Origin: Candidatus Heimdallarchaeota archaeon
GTDB lineage: Archaea > Asgardarchaeota > Heimdallarchaeia > Heimdallarchaeales > Heimdallarchaeaceae
Length of the DNA stretch: 32,000 nucleotides
Assembly (NCBI GenBank): GCA_030668875.1
Contig: DAOVER010000021.1
Location: forward strand, 1 to 32,000
Direction of reading: 5' to 3'
In this document: positions 1-8,763 of the stretch, piece by piece
Numbering within the stretch: position 1 is the first letter of the stretch
How the letters are laid out: the number at the start of each line of letters is the position of its first letter
Notes under the pieces: model-generated
Seen by the model: the letters and a program-made list of their open reading frames with translations, nothing else
Databases searched by the model: none
Told to the model about the DNA's origin: nothing
Translations under genes and position numbers: made by a program

Positions 1-1026
1 TCTAGAACCTGGAAGAGCTTTTTCCGAGCTAAACAAGAGTGGAAAAATGATCCTACCTTGTTTTTTGCCATGCCTAGGCCACCTAGCTACAAAAAAAAGG
101 ACGGGGAAGTAGTGGCCATCTTTACCAGTCAGCAGGCGAAGATAGTCAATGGATGGATAGTGTTACCGAAGAAAGTGAAGTACACCTACAAGACACGGTT
201 GACAGCTCAAGCAGAGCTAAGAGAAGTGCGAATCCTCCCTCAAAGAACTCACTATACCCTTGAACTTGTCTATCTGAAGAGTATACCCAATCTCAGGAAA
301 AAGTTGATCAGAAAAGGAGCGATAGATTTAGGGATGGACAACCTTGTCGCTTTCGTGGATAACCTCGGAGGAAGACCGATTGTTATCAAAGACGCAGGGA
401 AAGGGATAAAATCCATAACACAGTATTATTTGAAAGAACAGAAAAAATTACAACTACAGTATAGTCAGCAACAGAGAAAGCAAGTGCAAAAGAAGAAAAG
501 ACTCAAGTATGGTCCAGCTTACTACAAACTCAAAGAAAAGTGGCGAAGGAAGCTAAACGATGCCATCCACAAATTAACCAAGTATCTGGTAGACTTGTGG
601 GTAGACAGAGGGCTCCATGAAGTGGTGATAGGTTACAATGAACTATGGAAACAAGGGGTACATTTCTGGAAAAAAACCACCCAGATGTTCGTCACCATCC
701 CCTTCCTGAAAATCATTGATATACTGAAGTACAAAGGAGCTGAAAAGGGAATCAAAGTGGAAACTATCCCCGAACAATACACTTCTAAGAGCAGTTTCTT
801 GGATAATGAGTTCCCCAAAGAACGGAAAAAGTACAAAGGGAAAAGAATCTACCGAGGGTTGTTCCGTTCTGCTGCAGGTCATTTGATCAATGCTGACGTT
901 AATGCTGCTTACAATATTTTACTCAAAAGCGATCCGAAAGCCTTGCCTAAACGCACGGTGAACTGGGTAGGAGGATACGTGATGTATCCACAGAGAGTGA
1001 GTATAGAGTACCTTCGTTCTACATGA
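1..1026 (+). CDS. tnpB: TnpB RNA-guided endonuclease (IS200/IS605/IS607 superfamily), 5'-truncated by the window edge, rearranged RuvC-II type
   Basis: The frame is open from base 1 (SRTWKSFFRAKQEWKNDPTLFFAMPRPPSYKKKDG). RuvC-I is AIDLG; the canonical RuvC-II position reads VVIGYN..WKQ; an alternative Glu sits in PEQYTSK; RuvC-III is NADVNAAYNI. The CxxC zinc-finger Cys are absent. Confidence 0.92.
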   Translation, partial: SRTWKSFFRAKQEWKNDPTLFFAMPRPPSYKKKDGEVVAIFTSQQAKIVNGWIVLPKKVKYTYKTRLTAQAELREVRILPQRTHYTLELVYLKSIPNLRKKLIRKGAIDLGMDNLVAFVDNLGGRPIVIKDAGKGIKSITQYYLKEQKKLQLQYSQQQRKQVQKKKRLKYGPAYYKLKEKWRRKLNDAIHKLTKYLVDLWVDRGLHEVVIGYNELWKQGVHFWKKTTQMFVTIPFLKIIDILKYKGAEKGIKVETIPEQYTSKSSFLDNEFPKERKKYKGKRIYRGLFRSAAGHLINADVNAAYNILLKSDPKALPKRTVNWVGGYVMYPQRVSIEYLRST

Positions 1027-1072
1027 TGACCTCTAAGCACGACATGTACCTAGCTTTGTCCAAGAGGACAAG
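1..1072 (+). mobile_element. Right part of a TnpB-encoding IS element; right end approximate
   Basis: tnpB is followed by a perfect hairpin TTGTCC-AAGA-GGACAA (1056-1071). The sequence becomes visibly more AT-rich after about 1075. The transposase, if present, lies outside the window. Confidence 0.6.
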
Positions 1073-1112
1073 AAGACAAATAAACATCATAAATTAATGA
1101 AACTGTTAATTG

Positions 1113-1943
1113 TTAGAGATTAATGTTGGCTTTCCTAAGCCTTCTTTGAATTATTGGTTTGAATATCAGTTTTCTAAGTGCAACTTTTATGTAAAGACAT
1201 TTTTTGAAGTATTTTGCGACCAACTTATATGAATTAATTGTATCCCAAATTGTTGGATGAGCATCTATCTCGTTAACTAATATTTTTCTATATCCTCTTT
1301 TCTTTATATATTGCAATATGTAATTAATCGGTAATACCCCCGATCCAAAAGAGTAGTGTGAATCTTCACCTTCATTACAGTCAGAGAAGTGAATTTCTTC
1401 TAACTCATCAAATGGCATTTTGTCAAGTAGGTCTAGATATGTTTCAGGACCATTTTGAATGTATGAATGAGCTACATCGAATAACCATCCTTTCAGTTGC
1501 TCCCCCAAATCTTTTTTCAATCTATTATAATAGTCCAGAAAATCTTCATCAGTTCGACTCATAACATTTTCTACAACCACAGGAATTTTTAGCTGACTGA
1601 TATTCTTAACTAACGTTTCATATTCTCCTTGATGTTCAACTGGGTGAAATACAGCAACTATGATGTTTAATTTGTCTATATTTTCATTAACTAATTTAAT
1701 AACTCCATCAATCTCCTTCTGTTTCTCAGGAAAAGAAAAATCATATCCATCGATTTCACCGACTGGAAGATGAAATGTTGTTATCATATCACCTACAGCT
1801 TCTATTACGTTAGCAAGATTGTCAAAGTTTACACCTTGTGGATTTAACTCACAAGATTCTATTCCTAAGGTTTTAGCAAATTTGATTAAATGTTCACATC
1901 CTAACCCTTTGTAAGCTTGAATTGTTTGACCGATAAGTACCAT
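1113..1943 (-). CDS. Sugar phosphate isomerase/epimerase / AP endonuclease 2 family TIM-barrel protein
   Basis: Metal-ligand motifs appear in the expected order: FHLP, VFHP, VVENV, LFDVAH, EIHFSD, DSH..GSG, VNEI. Confidence 0.8.
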   Translation of the reverse strand: MVLIGQTIQAYKGLGCEHLIKFAKTLGIESCELNPQGVNFDNLANVIEAVGDMITTFHLPVGEIDGYDFSFPEKQKEIDGVIKLVNENIDKLNIIVAVFHPVEHQGEYETLVKNISQLKIPVVVENVMSRTDEDFLDYYNRLKKDLGEQLKGWLFDVAHSYIQNGPETYLDLLDKMPFDELEEIHFSDCNEGEDSHYSFGSGVLPINYILQYIKKRGYRKILVNEIDAHPTIWDTINSYKLVAKYFKKCLYIKVALRKLIFKPIIQRRLRKANINL

Positions 1944-2003
1944 ACATTTTTCTATTATGAAGATATATATAAATTAATCTTATTATTGAAAAACGGTATT
2001 CAC

Positions 2004-2759
2004 ATGATGGTAAAAAGAGCGATAGTACGAGAACCTAGTTTGAGTTATACACAGTGCGTTTCTTCACATCCGCTGCACTATACTGTAAGTCTTGAAAAAG
2101 CAAAACAACAACATAATAATTATTGTGATGCTTTATCGAGCCTTGGACTTGAGTTAATCAAACTGCCTCCAAAGAAAAAATATCCTGATTCTTGCTTTGT
2201 TGAAGATACAGCTGTAGTTTTTGGAAATAAGGTATTCATAACAAGAATGGGGGTTCAAAGTCGTCGTGGTGAAGACAAAGACATAGAAGAAACTTTCGAG
2301 GAGTATTTTACAACCAAAAGAGCAACAGAACCAGCTACTCTTGAAGGGGGAGATGTTTTACATCTTCCTAATAGGTTGATCTGTGGCATAACAAAAAGAA
2401 CAAATGAGCTTGGAACGAAACAAATGGAAGATTGGTTACAAGTTAAAGTAGATACTATAACTAACCCCAAAGTCGTTCATCTCAAAAGTTACATGAAATA
2501 TCTAGGTAATAATAAGATGATTGTTAGTGAAGAATACGTAAATCATCCTCTTCTGAAAGAACTTGACTTAATAGTAATTCCTAAGAAGGAAAGTTATTCA
2601 GTTAATTGTTTATCAATTGGTAGCACAGTAATTATGTCTAATAAATTCAGTTATGCTCAAAATGTTGTAGCTGCAGCAGGGTTTGAAGTCATTTCGCTTG
2701 AAATGAGTGAGTTTGAAAAATGTCAAGGAGCTTTAACCTGTCTCTCGATTCTTTTTTAG
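2004..2759 (+). CDS. Dimethylarginine dimethylaminohydrolase (amidinotransferase superfamily)
   Basis: Motifs PDSCFVED, LEGGDV, HLKS and C-terminal GALTCLS (catalytic Cys). Start moved to the ATG at 2004 (MMVKRAIVR). Confidence 0.88.
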   Translation: MMVKRAIVREPSLSYTQCVSSHPLHYTVSLEKAKQQHNNYCDALSSLGLELIKLPPKKKYPDSCFVEDTAVVFGNKVFITRMGVQSRRGEDKDIEETFEEYFTTKRATEPATLEGGDVLHLPNRLICGITKRTNELGTKQMEDWLQVKVDTITNPKVVHLKSYMKYLGNNKMIVSEEYVNHPLLKELDLIVIPKKESYSVNCLSIGSTVIMSNKFSYAQNVVAAAGFEVISLEMSEFEKCQGALTCLSILF

Positions 2760-2846
2760 GGTTTTTTCATATTTTTATCATAAACAATGTTACCACTGTA
2801 AATGCAAACATCTAAATAGTAAAATCACTATTTTTTTCTGAGTAAA

Positions 2847-3470
2847 ATGTTCTTCAGAAGTATATGGAAAACTGTCATTGGCTTTGTTACGTGTACAATT
2901 GTTGTTCTTCTCTTGATATTGATACTATGGCCAACATTTGACCAACCAGGATTAGTTGCCTTTAATGAAATCATGGTAACAGAACACCCTTCCAGTGGTC
3001 ATTTTGTAGTAGCCCTTCTATCACTCTTAGTTGTGAATATATTTTTACCAATAGATTTACCTGATATTTTTGATGTTGCTAATACTCTTTCTGGTAGCCC
3101 AGTTCCTGATGGTTTCCCTTTTAGTCATACAGGAATGTACATTCTGATTCTTGCAATCTGGCTTATTGGTTCATTTGCTGGGGGTTTAGCTTCTCGAGGA
3201 GGTTTAAACTCTGGAGCTTGGTCAGCTATGCTTTCCTTCGTCTTTCTCGATATAATATTTTCAATTATGGTTGATGCTATGGAGATATCCATAGCTGGCT
3301 TTGCTGGATCGTTCTTTGTAGTATTCTTCTTTACACTAGTCGTTGGTTCATTCATCTTTATACCAGTAGTTGGTCTAGCAGGAGGAATAGCGGGAGGTAT
3401 TTTAGGTAAAATGTTATTCCGGAAAGACAAAGACAAAAGTAGCAAAGATTCTAGTAATGGTGATAAGTAA
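2847..3470 (+). CDS. Hypothetical polytopic membrane protein
   Basis: About 5-6 hydrophobic, Gly-rich segments and a basic/acidic C-terminal tail. Confidence 0.7.
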   Translation: MFFRSIWKTVIGFVTCTIVVLLLILILWPTFDQPGLVAFNEIMVTEHPSSGHFVVALLSLLVVNIFLPIDLPDIFDVANTLSGSPVPDGFPFSHTGMYILILAIWLIGSFAGGLASRGGLNSGAWSAMLSFVFLDIIFSIMVDAMEISIAGFAGSFFVVFFFTLVVGSFIFIPVVGLAGGIAGGILGKMLFRKDKDKSSKDSSNGDK

Positions 3471-3556
3471 TAATTTTTGTTAAGAGAAAAACACTTTTTT
3501 TTTCCGCTTAAGCGTATGTTTTTTATATTAAAATATAGAATTCATAACTGACTAGG

Positions 3557-5035
3557 ATGGCTTCTCAAACCAACATTCAGGCAATACCTTTGGTAGAAAA
3601 GTACCGACCAGGGGTTTTTGAAGATTTTATTGGAAACTCAACCCTAGTTCAGGAAATTGAAGACTGGTTAATCACATGGAACAACCAAAAAAAGAAGGTT
3701 GTTCTGATTGCGGGTCCTGCTGGCGTAGGTAAAACGAGTGTTGTATATTATTTAATCAACAAGTACAATTACGAGTTTGTAGAAGTCAATGCGAGTGATA
3801 AGAGAAACAAAGCTGCTGTAGAACGACTAATTGGTCTATCTTCTACTGAAGGAACTGTGCTTCAAGGTGCCAGGGTTCGGAAATTAATTTTAGTGGATGA
3901 GGCAGATGGGCTTTTTGGAAACGAAGATCGTGGTGGAGGACCAGCACTAGCAAAAGCTATAGAAAAAGCTAAAATTCCAATAATTTGCACAGCAAATGAT
4001 CCTTCAGCAAAATCTTTGAAAGCTGCAAAAAGAAAAATGAAAGTTATAATGTTTAAAAGTCTCACAGAGCAAGAAATATTGACATTACTACAAAAGATTG
4101 TAGAAAAAGAGAATCTTGACATAGGTGAAAAAATACTAGTTGCGATTACAAAAAACTCTGGTGGAGATGCGCGATCTGCGATAAATGATTTAGAAGGTGC
4201 TGTTTTTGGTACAAAGGATTTAGAGGTGATTTTTTCACCAAGAAATCAGAAACACAGTCTGGATGCAGCTTTAACAAATATCTTCTCTGCTAAAGATTAT
4301 GGAGAAGCAAAACGTGCTCTTGATGGGGTTGATGTAGATTATAGAGAACTGTTAATCTATGTTTATGAACATGCTTGGAAGCAAGCAGCAAATCCTATTG
4401 AACTTTTCAACATTTATGAGTTAATTGCTGAAGCTGATATATACTTGCAACAGTGCTATATCAAACAAAATTGGATTTTCTTGAAGTATTTCTTTATACT
4501 GATATCTTCCGTTAATCTTGTAAAACAATCGCCTTTCAAATATACGAAATTTAGTTTTCCAAGTTATTGGGCTTTAATGGGAAGATTAAGAGGAAAGACT
4601 GCAAAAATGAAGCAACTAGCAATTAAGAGTACAAAAGCACTTCACTGCTCTACAAGAGTATTCATTAAGGATATTTATCCCTATCTGAAGATTATTTTTA
4701 ATACAGACGCTACTATGGCTGCAGGGATTGCTGTTTGGTTACAATACATTGAAGAAGATGTAGACTTCCTAACTAATGGCACTTCAAAAATGACAAGACA
4801 AATTATGACGCTTTTTGAAGAAGCATACATACAGATTACTGAATCTAGATTAGAACAAGCGAAAGATATTGAAATAGATTTGATGTTTTTTGCTAACATG
4901 GATAGATCGAAAAAGAAGAAATCTACAAAGACTGTTCAAGAAGACGTTCGAGAAGATGTTCAAGAAGATAATCGAACAAAAGGCACTAAAAAGAAAGCCT
5001 CACAAACTTCACTAGATACTTTTTTGGAAAAATAG
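3557..5035 (+). CDS. rfcL: Replication factor C large subunit (clamp loader)
   Basis: N-terminal LVEKYRP, Walker A GPAGVGKT, NASD, DEAD Walker B, GGDARSAINDL, and a C-terminal PIP-box-like QTSLDTF. Confidence 0.95.
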   Translation: MASQTNIQAIPLVEKYRPGVFEDFIGNSTLVQEIEDWLITWNNQKKKVVLIAGPAGVGKTSVVYYLINKYNYEFVEVNASDKRNKAAVERLIGLSSTEGTVLQGARVRKLILVDEADGLFGNEDRGGGPALAKAIEKAKIPIICTANDPSAKSLKAAKRKMKVIMFKSLTEQEILTLLQKIVEKENLDIGEKILVAITKNSGGDARSAINDLEGAVFGTKDLEVIFSPRNQKHSLDAALTNIFSAKDYGEAKRALDGVDVDYRELLIYVYEHAWKQAANPIELFNIYELIAEADIYLQQCYIKQNWIFLKYFFILISSVNLVKQSPFKYTKFSFPSYWALMGRLRGKTAKMKQLAIKSTKALHCSTRVFIKDIYPYLKIIFNTDATMAAGIAVWLQYIEEDVDFLTNGTSKMTRQIMTLFEEAYIQITESRLEQAKDIEIDLMFFANMDRSKKKKSTKTVQEDVREDVQEDNRTKGTKKKASQTSLDTFLEK

Positions 5036-5045
5036 TTCTGGTTGA

Positions 5046-5384
5046 CTAATCATCCATTTCCTCTTGTGCCTTTGTAAACTGTTCTCCTAAAGGAAATACC
5101 ATGCCTGCGGAGAGAAGAAATTGTAACATTTTCTTGAAATTCGATACTCTATATGTGTCAGAACCCATCTTTTTACGAACCATTCTATTGTCAATCAAAT
5201 ATTCTATACACCTAGAAACATCACCACCACTTATACCTGTAACCTCAATGAGCTCTTCTAAGTCCATTCCCTCCTCATATAGACTCAAAGATACTGCAAT
5301 CACCCCAACATTAACCCTGTCTATGACATCGATGGGTAAGTCGACATCATCTTTCTCACTATCTTGATTCATCATTACCGCCAA
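5046..5384 (-). CDS. Small winged helix-turn-helix protein
   Basis: MDLEELIEVTGISGGDVSRCIEYLIDNRMVRKK..SDTYRV is an HTH plus wing. The gene overlaps the upstream PRTase stop region, suggesting co-transcription. Confidence 0.7.
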   Translation of the reverse strand: MAVMMNQDSEKDDVDLPIDVIDRVNVGVIAVSLSLYEEGMDLEELIEVTGISGGDVSRCIEYLIDNRMVRKKMGSDTYRVSNFKKMLQFLLSAGMVFPLGEQFTKAQEEMDD

Positions 5385-5976
5385 TTTTATTTTTTTCTTG
5401 GGTAAGAATAATAGAGAAATAAGTTTCCACTAATGGAGAGGGGATTCCAATATCCTTTAGTTTTTTGCTGATATCTTTAACAGACATGCTATCTCGGAGC
5501 TGATTATATTGAAAAGCTACAAATTCTCCATATTCCCATGGATAAACAATCCATGATTGAGTTTCCTTAATGAAGTAATCTGGCATAATAATACTATGCT
5601 TTTTGTAATATAATGTTGCAGAACTTATTTCTTTAGGATCCTTTAATCTTATGTGTTCAATGGCAGCTCTAAGACTTTTTCCAGAGTCAGCTACATCATC
5701 AACAATCAAAACAATCTTTCCTTCAACGTTTTCTGATATCTCTTGAGTGATGATAGGCTCTTCTGATGCTCTGGCAGTATTATCGTAAAACTCAATTTTA
5801 ATATTGGCTGTTCTCCGATTACCAAAAAAATCTGCAATTAAACGAGCAGGGATCCACCCTCCCCTAGCAATTCCAACAATAATATCTGGAAAGTAATTCT
5901 CCTCAACCATTTTTTCAAATAAGTAAAAAGTCATCTGATAAGCTTGATCCCATGAAACTATTTCGTAATCGGACAT
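5359..5976 (-). CDS. Type I phosphoribosyltransferase (archaeal purine-salvage type)
   Basis: VGIARGGWIPARL and the PRPP-binding motif VLIVDDVADSGKSL; WIVYPWE. Start moved to the ATG at 5976, which follows GTGGGGA. Confidence 0.88.
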   Translation of the reverse strand: MSDYEIVSWDQAYQMTFYLFEKMVEENYFPDIIVGIARGGWIPARLIADFFGNRRTANIKIEFYDNTARASEEPIITQEISENVEGKIVLIVDDVADSGKSLRAAIEHIRLKDPKEISSATLYYKKHSIIMPDYFIKETQSWIVYPWEYGEFVAFQYNQLRDSMSVKDISKKLKDIGIPSPLVETYFSIILTQEKNKIGGNDESR

Positions 5977-6097
5977 AAATCCCCACAAATCCAAAAACAT
6001 TTTCTTGTTAAAAAAGATTCTTACTGTATCGGCATATGACCTATTCACAAACTTATTATTTTATATAGTCAAACTTGAATATTAAAGGTGAGTAATT

Positions 6098-8341
6098 ATG
6101 TCCTTTATTGAAAGATTAGAATTAACACAGGAAGAAAAACAAATTTATCAACTTCTTCTGGGATGTGGGCAGTTAACCTCTTTTGAAGCTGCTCAATTTA
6201 GTAACTTACATCTATCGAAGGTAAGTGTTGCTCTAGATGCCCTGATAAGTAAAGGTGCTATCGGAGTTTCTGAAGGATACATTAACAAATATTATGTTAA
6301 AATCCCATTAGAATACTTAGCTGAAACCAGTGAGAAATTGAGTTCTGATATTAAGACAAATCTTAATGAAACAACTAATTTTATACAAAGTAAGAAAGAA
6401 AGTTTCAATCAGTTAAGAGAAAATCTTACTAGACAGTTAGAAGAGGACGCAGATCAAAAGAAAACGACAATTGATAGTTCACTTACTGAAACCCATTCAT
6501 CTTTAAATGCATCAAATCAGCAGAAGAAACAAGCACTAGCAGAAAAATCTACAGCTTTAATCTCTAGATTAAATGCGTTAGGAGAAGAAAAGAAAGTAGA
6601 GATTAATACAATTATTAATGAATACTTTAGTGAGAATGTGAATAACCTAAATCAAGCTAAAACTACACTGAATACTGTAGTAGGAAATATAAAACAACAA
6701 ACTGAAGAATCTGTCTCAGCCTCAAACAATCAAATAACTCAACTTTCACAAGATTCTATTAATACGATCCAATCTGTTTCCGAGTTATTACAACCAAAGC
6801 TTGACGAATTACATCAGAAATACTTGTCTGAAGTTAACGAATTGATACTGTTAATAGAACAAAGAATTGAAGTTTCCAAATTGGATGTTAGAGCTTTCAA
6901 TAGAACACAATCAGAAAAATATCTCGGATATTCTTCGGAAATAACTAGAAATGCTGAAAAGAATATAGATTCTGTTTCTGAAGCTGTTTCAACAAATCTT
7001 CAAGATTTGGGTGTATCATTAGACTTGATACTCAACCAAAAAGTAGAGGAACTTTCATTAAATGTTCAAGAAACTGTTAACTCACTTAATGAGAAAATTG
7101 AAAACATTAAAGCTACTCTTGTAAGTGAACTACAACAACAAAAGAACACAACTATTTCTGCAACAGTTTCACAGATTAAAGAGAGCATGACTCTAAAATA
7201 CACTGATCTTCAGAACAATGAACAAAACCAGAGAAACAATCTAGTGAGTGAGAGAGATATGTTTATGCAAAAGTTGGAAGGTCATTATAACGAGACAATT
7301 CAAAATTATAATGAAAAATTCAGTGAAGTTAAGATAGGAGCAACTGAAAGATTTACTTCATTCAACGAAGAATTTTCAGAAAAGTTCAATGAGATTTCGA
7401 CTAATGTTGTTGCGAATTTGAATAGTAACATTCAATCTTTTCGTACACTATCTGAACAACTCAACTCAGTTTTTTCAGACTCATATGTTGCTGGTTCTAA
7501 CCAATTAAAAGAAAAATGGTCAGATTTGGTTAGCAAAGCAGAAACATTGGTTCAAGAAAGTGAAACAGCTATTACACAGCACTTTCAAGAAGTTTCAAAC
7601 TTGGTTCAAACAACCACTTCTTCATTTACAGAAGAGTTAAACAGCTTTTTACAGCAATCACTAGATTCAGCTGTAGGCACTGTCGGTAAAATGGCAAATG
7701 CATCCAAAGCAAATATAGACGAAGGCAAGCAATTGCTTGCGGGTAGTCTTAATTCAGAAGTAGAGGATTCAGTTAAATTTATCGGAGATAATAACAATAA
7801 GATGTCAGACACAGCAAACTACCTTCTGGGTATGACTTTGAAACTGAAGAACGATTTCAGGACTCTTGAAGCTACTTCAAAAGAAACTACCATTCCCCCT
7901 GTTCAAACAACATCTATTGTTGGTCTAGAAGCTGTTAAAGAGAACATTGCTCGAATTGTTAAGGACACTAAACGAGGCGTTACAATCTTGTCTCCACTCA
8001 AGGAATACATCCCCTTAGATGCAATTAAATTGCTACCAACAACAGCTAAGGCTACTCTTGTAACAAAACTGGATGAGATTGCAGATGGTGATTGGATTTC
8101 TTCAGCGATGGAATCTCAAGCTAATGTTGAAATAAGAAGGTTCAGAGATACTGGAACGGGTGTTGAACTGCCAAGATTCATTGGTGTTGAGAGAGAAAAT
8201 GAAGAAGTTCTTATTGCAGCACAAGATGAAGCTACAGGAGAAGTTGTGGGAATCTTGAGTAGGTCTACTTATTTTGCAAAACTTGTTTCATACATAGTTA
8301 TTGCTGACTTTGCAAGAGGAAGATCATCTCAAATAAAATAA
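6098..8341 (+). CDS. TrmB-family wHTH protein with a ~500-aa helical repeat insert and a C-terminal TrmB effector/PLD-like domain
   Basis: N-terminal LTQEEKQIYQLLL..GQLT..EAAQ.S.L..SKV..ALD.L.SKG resembles a TrmB HTH. The centre is helical with 22-residue periodicity. The C-terminal TTSIVGLEAVKENIARIVKDTKRGVTILSP resembles the TrmB middle domain. Confidence 0.7.
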   Translation: MSFIERLELTQEEKQIYQLLLGCGQLTSFEAAQFSNLHLSKVSVALDALISKGAIGVSEGYINKYYVKIPLEYLAETSEKLSSDIKTNLNETTNFIQSKKESFNQLRENLTRQLEEDADQKKTTIDSSLTETHSSLNASNQQKKQALAEKSTALISRLNALGEEKKVEINTIINEYFSENVNNLNQAKTTLNTVVGNIKQQTEESVSASNNQITQLSQDSINTIQSVSELLQPKLDELHQKYLSEVNELILLIEQRIEVSKLDVRAFNRTQSEKYLGYSSEITRNAEKNIDSVSEAVSTNLQDLGVSLDLILNQKVEELSLNVQETVNSLNEKIENIKATLVSELQQQKNTTISATVSQIKESMTLKYTDLQNNEQNQRNNLVSERDMFMQKLEGHYNETIQNYNEKFSEVKIGATERFTSFNEEFSEKFNEISTNVVANLNSNIQSFRTLSEQLNSVFSDSYVAGSNQLKEKWSDLVSKAETLVQESETAITQHFQEVSNLVQTTTSSFTEELNSFLQQSLDSAVGTVGKMANASKANIDEGKQLLAGSLNSEVEDSVKFIGDNNNKMSDTANYLLGMTLKLKNDFRTLEATSKETTIPPVQTTSIVGLEAVKENIARIVKDTKRGVTILSPLKEYIPLDAIKLLPTTAKATLVTKLDEIADGDWISSAMESQANVEIRRFRDTGTGVELPRFIGVERENEEVLIAAQDEATGEVVGILSRSTYFAKLVSYIVIADFARGRSSQIK

Positions 8342-8480
8342 ATGAAACCTCTCTCTTTTTTCTTTCTTTTTTCCTAAATTTGAACAAATTGTGATAGAAA
8401 TGAGAATCGCATAGAGATTGAGAAGACTTTAAAAAGGTGCTCAAAAAATGGGATTCAAAAATATTAGGTGTAAAAGAAAA

Positions 8481-8654
8481 ATGCCAACCGTAGTAGACGC
8501 TGAATGTTGTATAGCTTGTGGAGCTTGTGTAGATATTTGTCCCGAAAATGTTTATGATCTAAAGGATGTTGCAGTTACGACAAGAAAAGAAGATTGTACA
8601 GATTGTGGTTTGTGTATAGACGAATGTCCAAATGAATGTATAGATTTTGAGTAG
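8481..8654 (+). CDS. 2x[4Fe-4S] dicluster ferredoxin
   Basis: Two CxxCxxCxxxCP motifs (CIACGACVDICP; CTDCGLCIDECP). ATG at 8481 lies downstream of AGGTG. Confidence 0.93.
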   Translation: MPTVVDAECCIACGACVDICPENVYDLKDVAVTTRKEDCTDCGLCIDECPNECIDFE

Positions 8655-8763
8655 TACTTTCTACTAGTTCCATCTTTTTCATTTTTACTATTTTCTATTT
8701 TACAAAGTTTTTATCTTTTTTACCTACATATTTATTTATTGTATTCTGATTGTTCAATTAGTC

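Noticed and set aside
633-882. Two minus-strand ORFs inside tnpB
   Set aside because: Antisense shadows of a well-supported gene, with no motifs.
4935-4970. GTTCAAGAAGA-type repeat (VQED-VRED-VQED) in rfcL
   Set aside because: Short coding microrepeat in a disordered tail; not CRISPR-like.
3557-5035. rfcL without an adjacent rfcS
   Set aside because: The two genes are unlinked in various archaea, so this is not informative without the whole genome.
6098-8341. SMC/Rad50 interpretation of the long helical protein
   Set aside because: No Walker A/B, signature or hinge/hook motif; the periodicity is 22 residues and the termini are TrmB-like.
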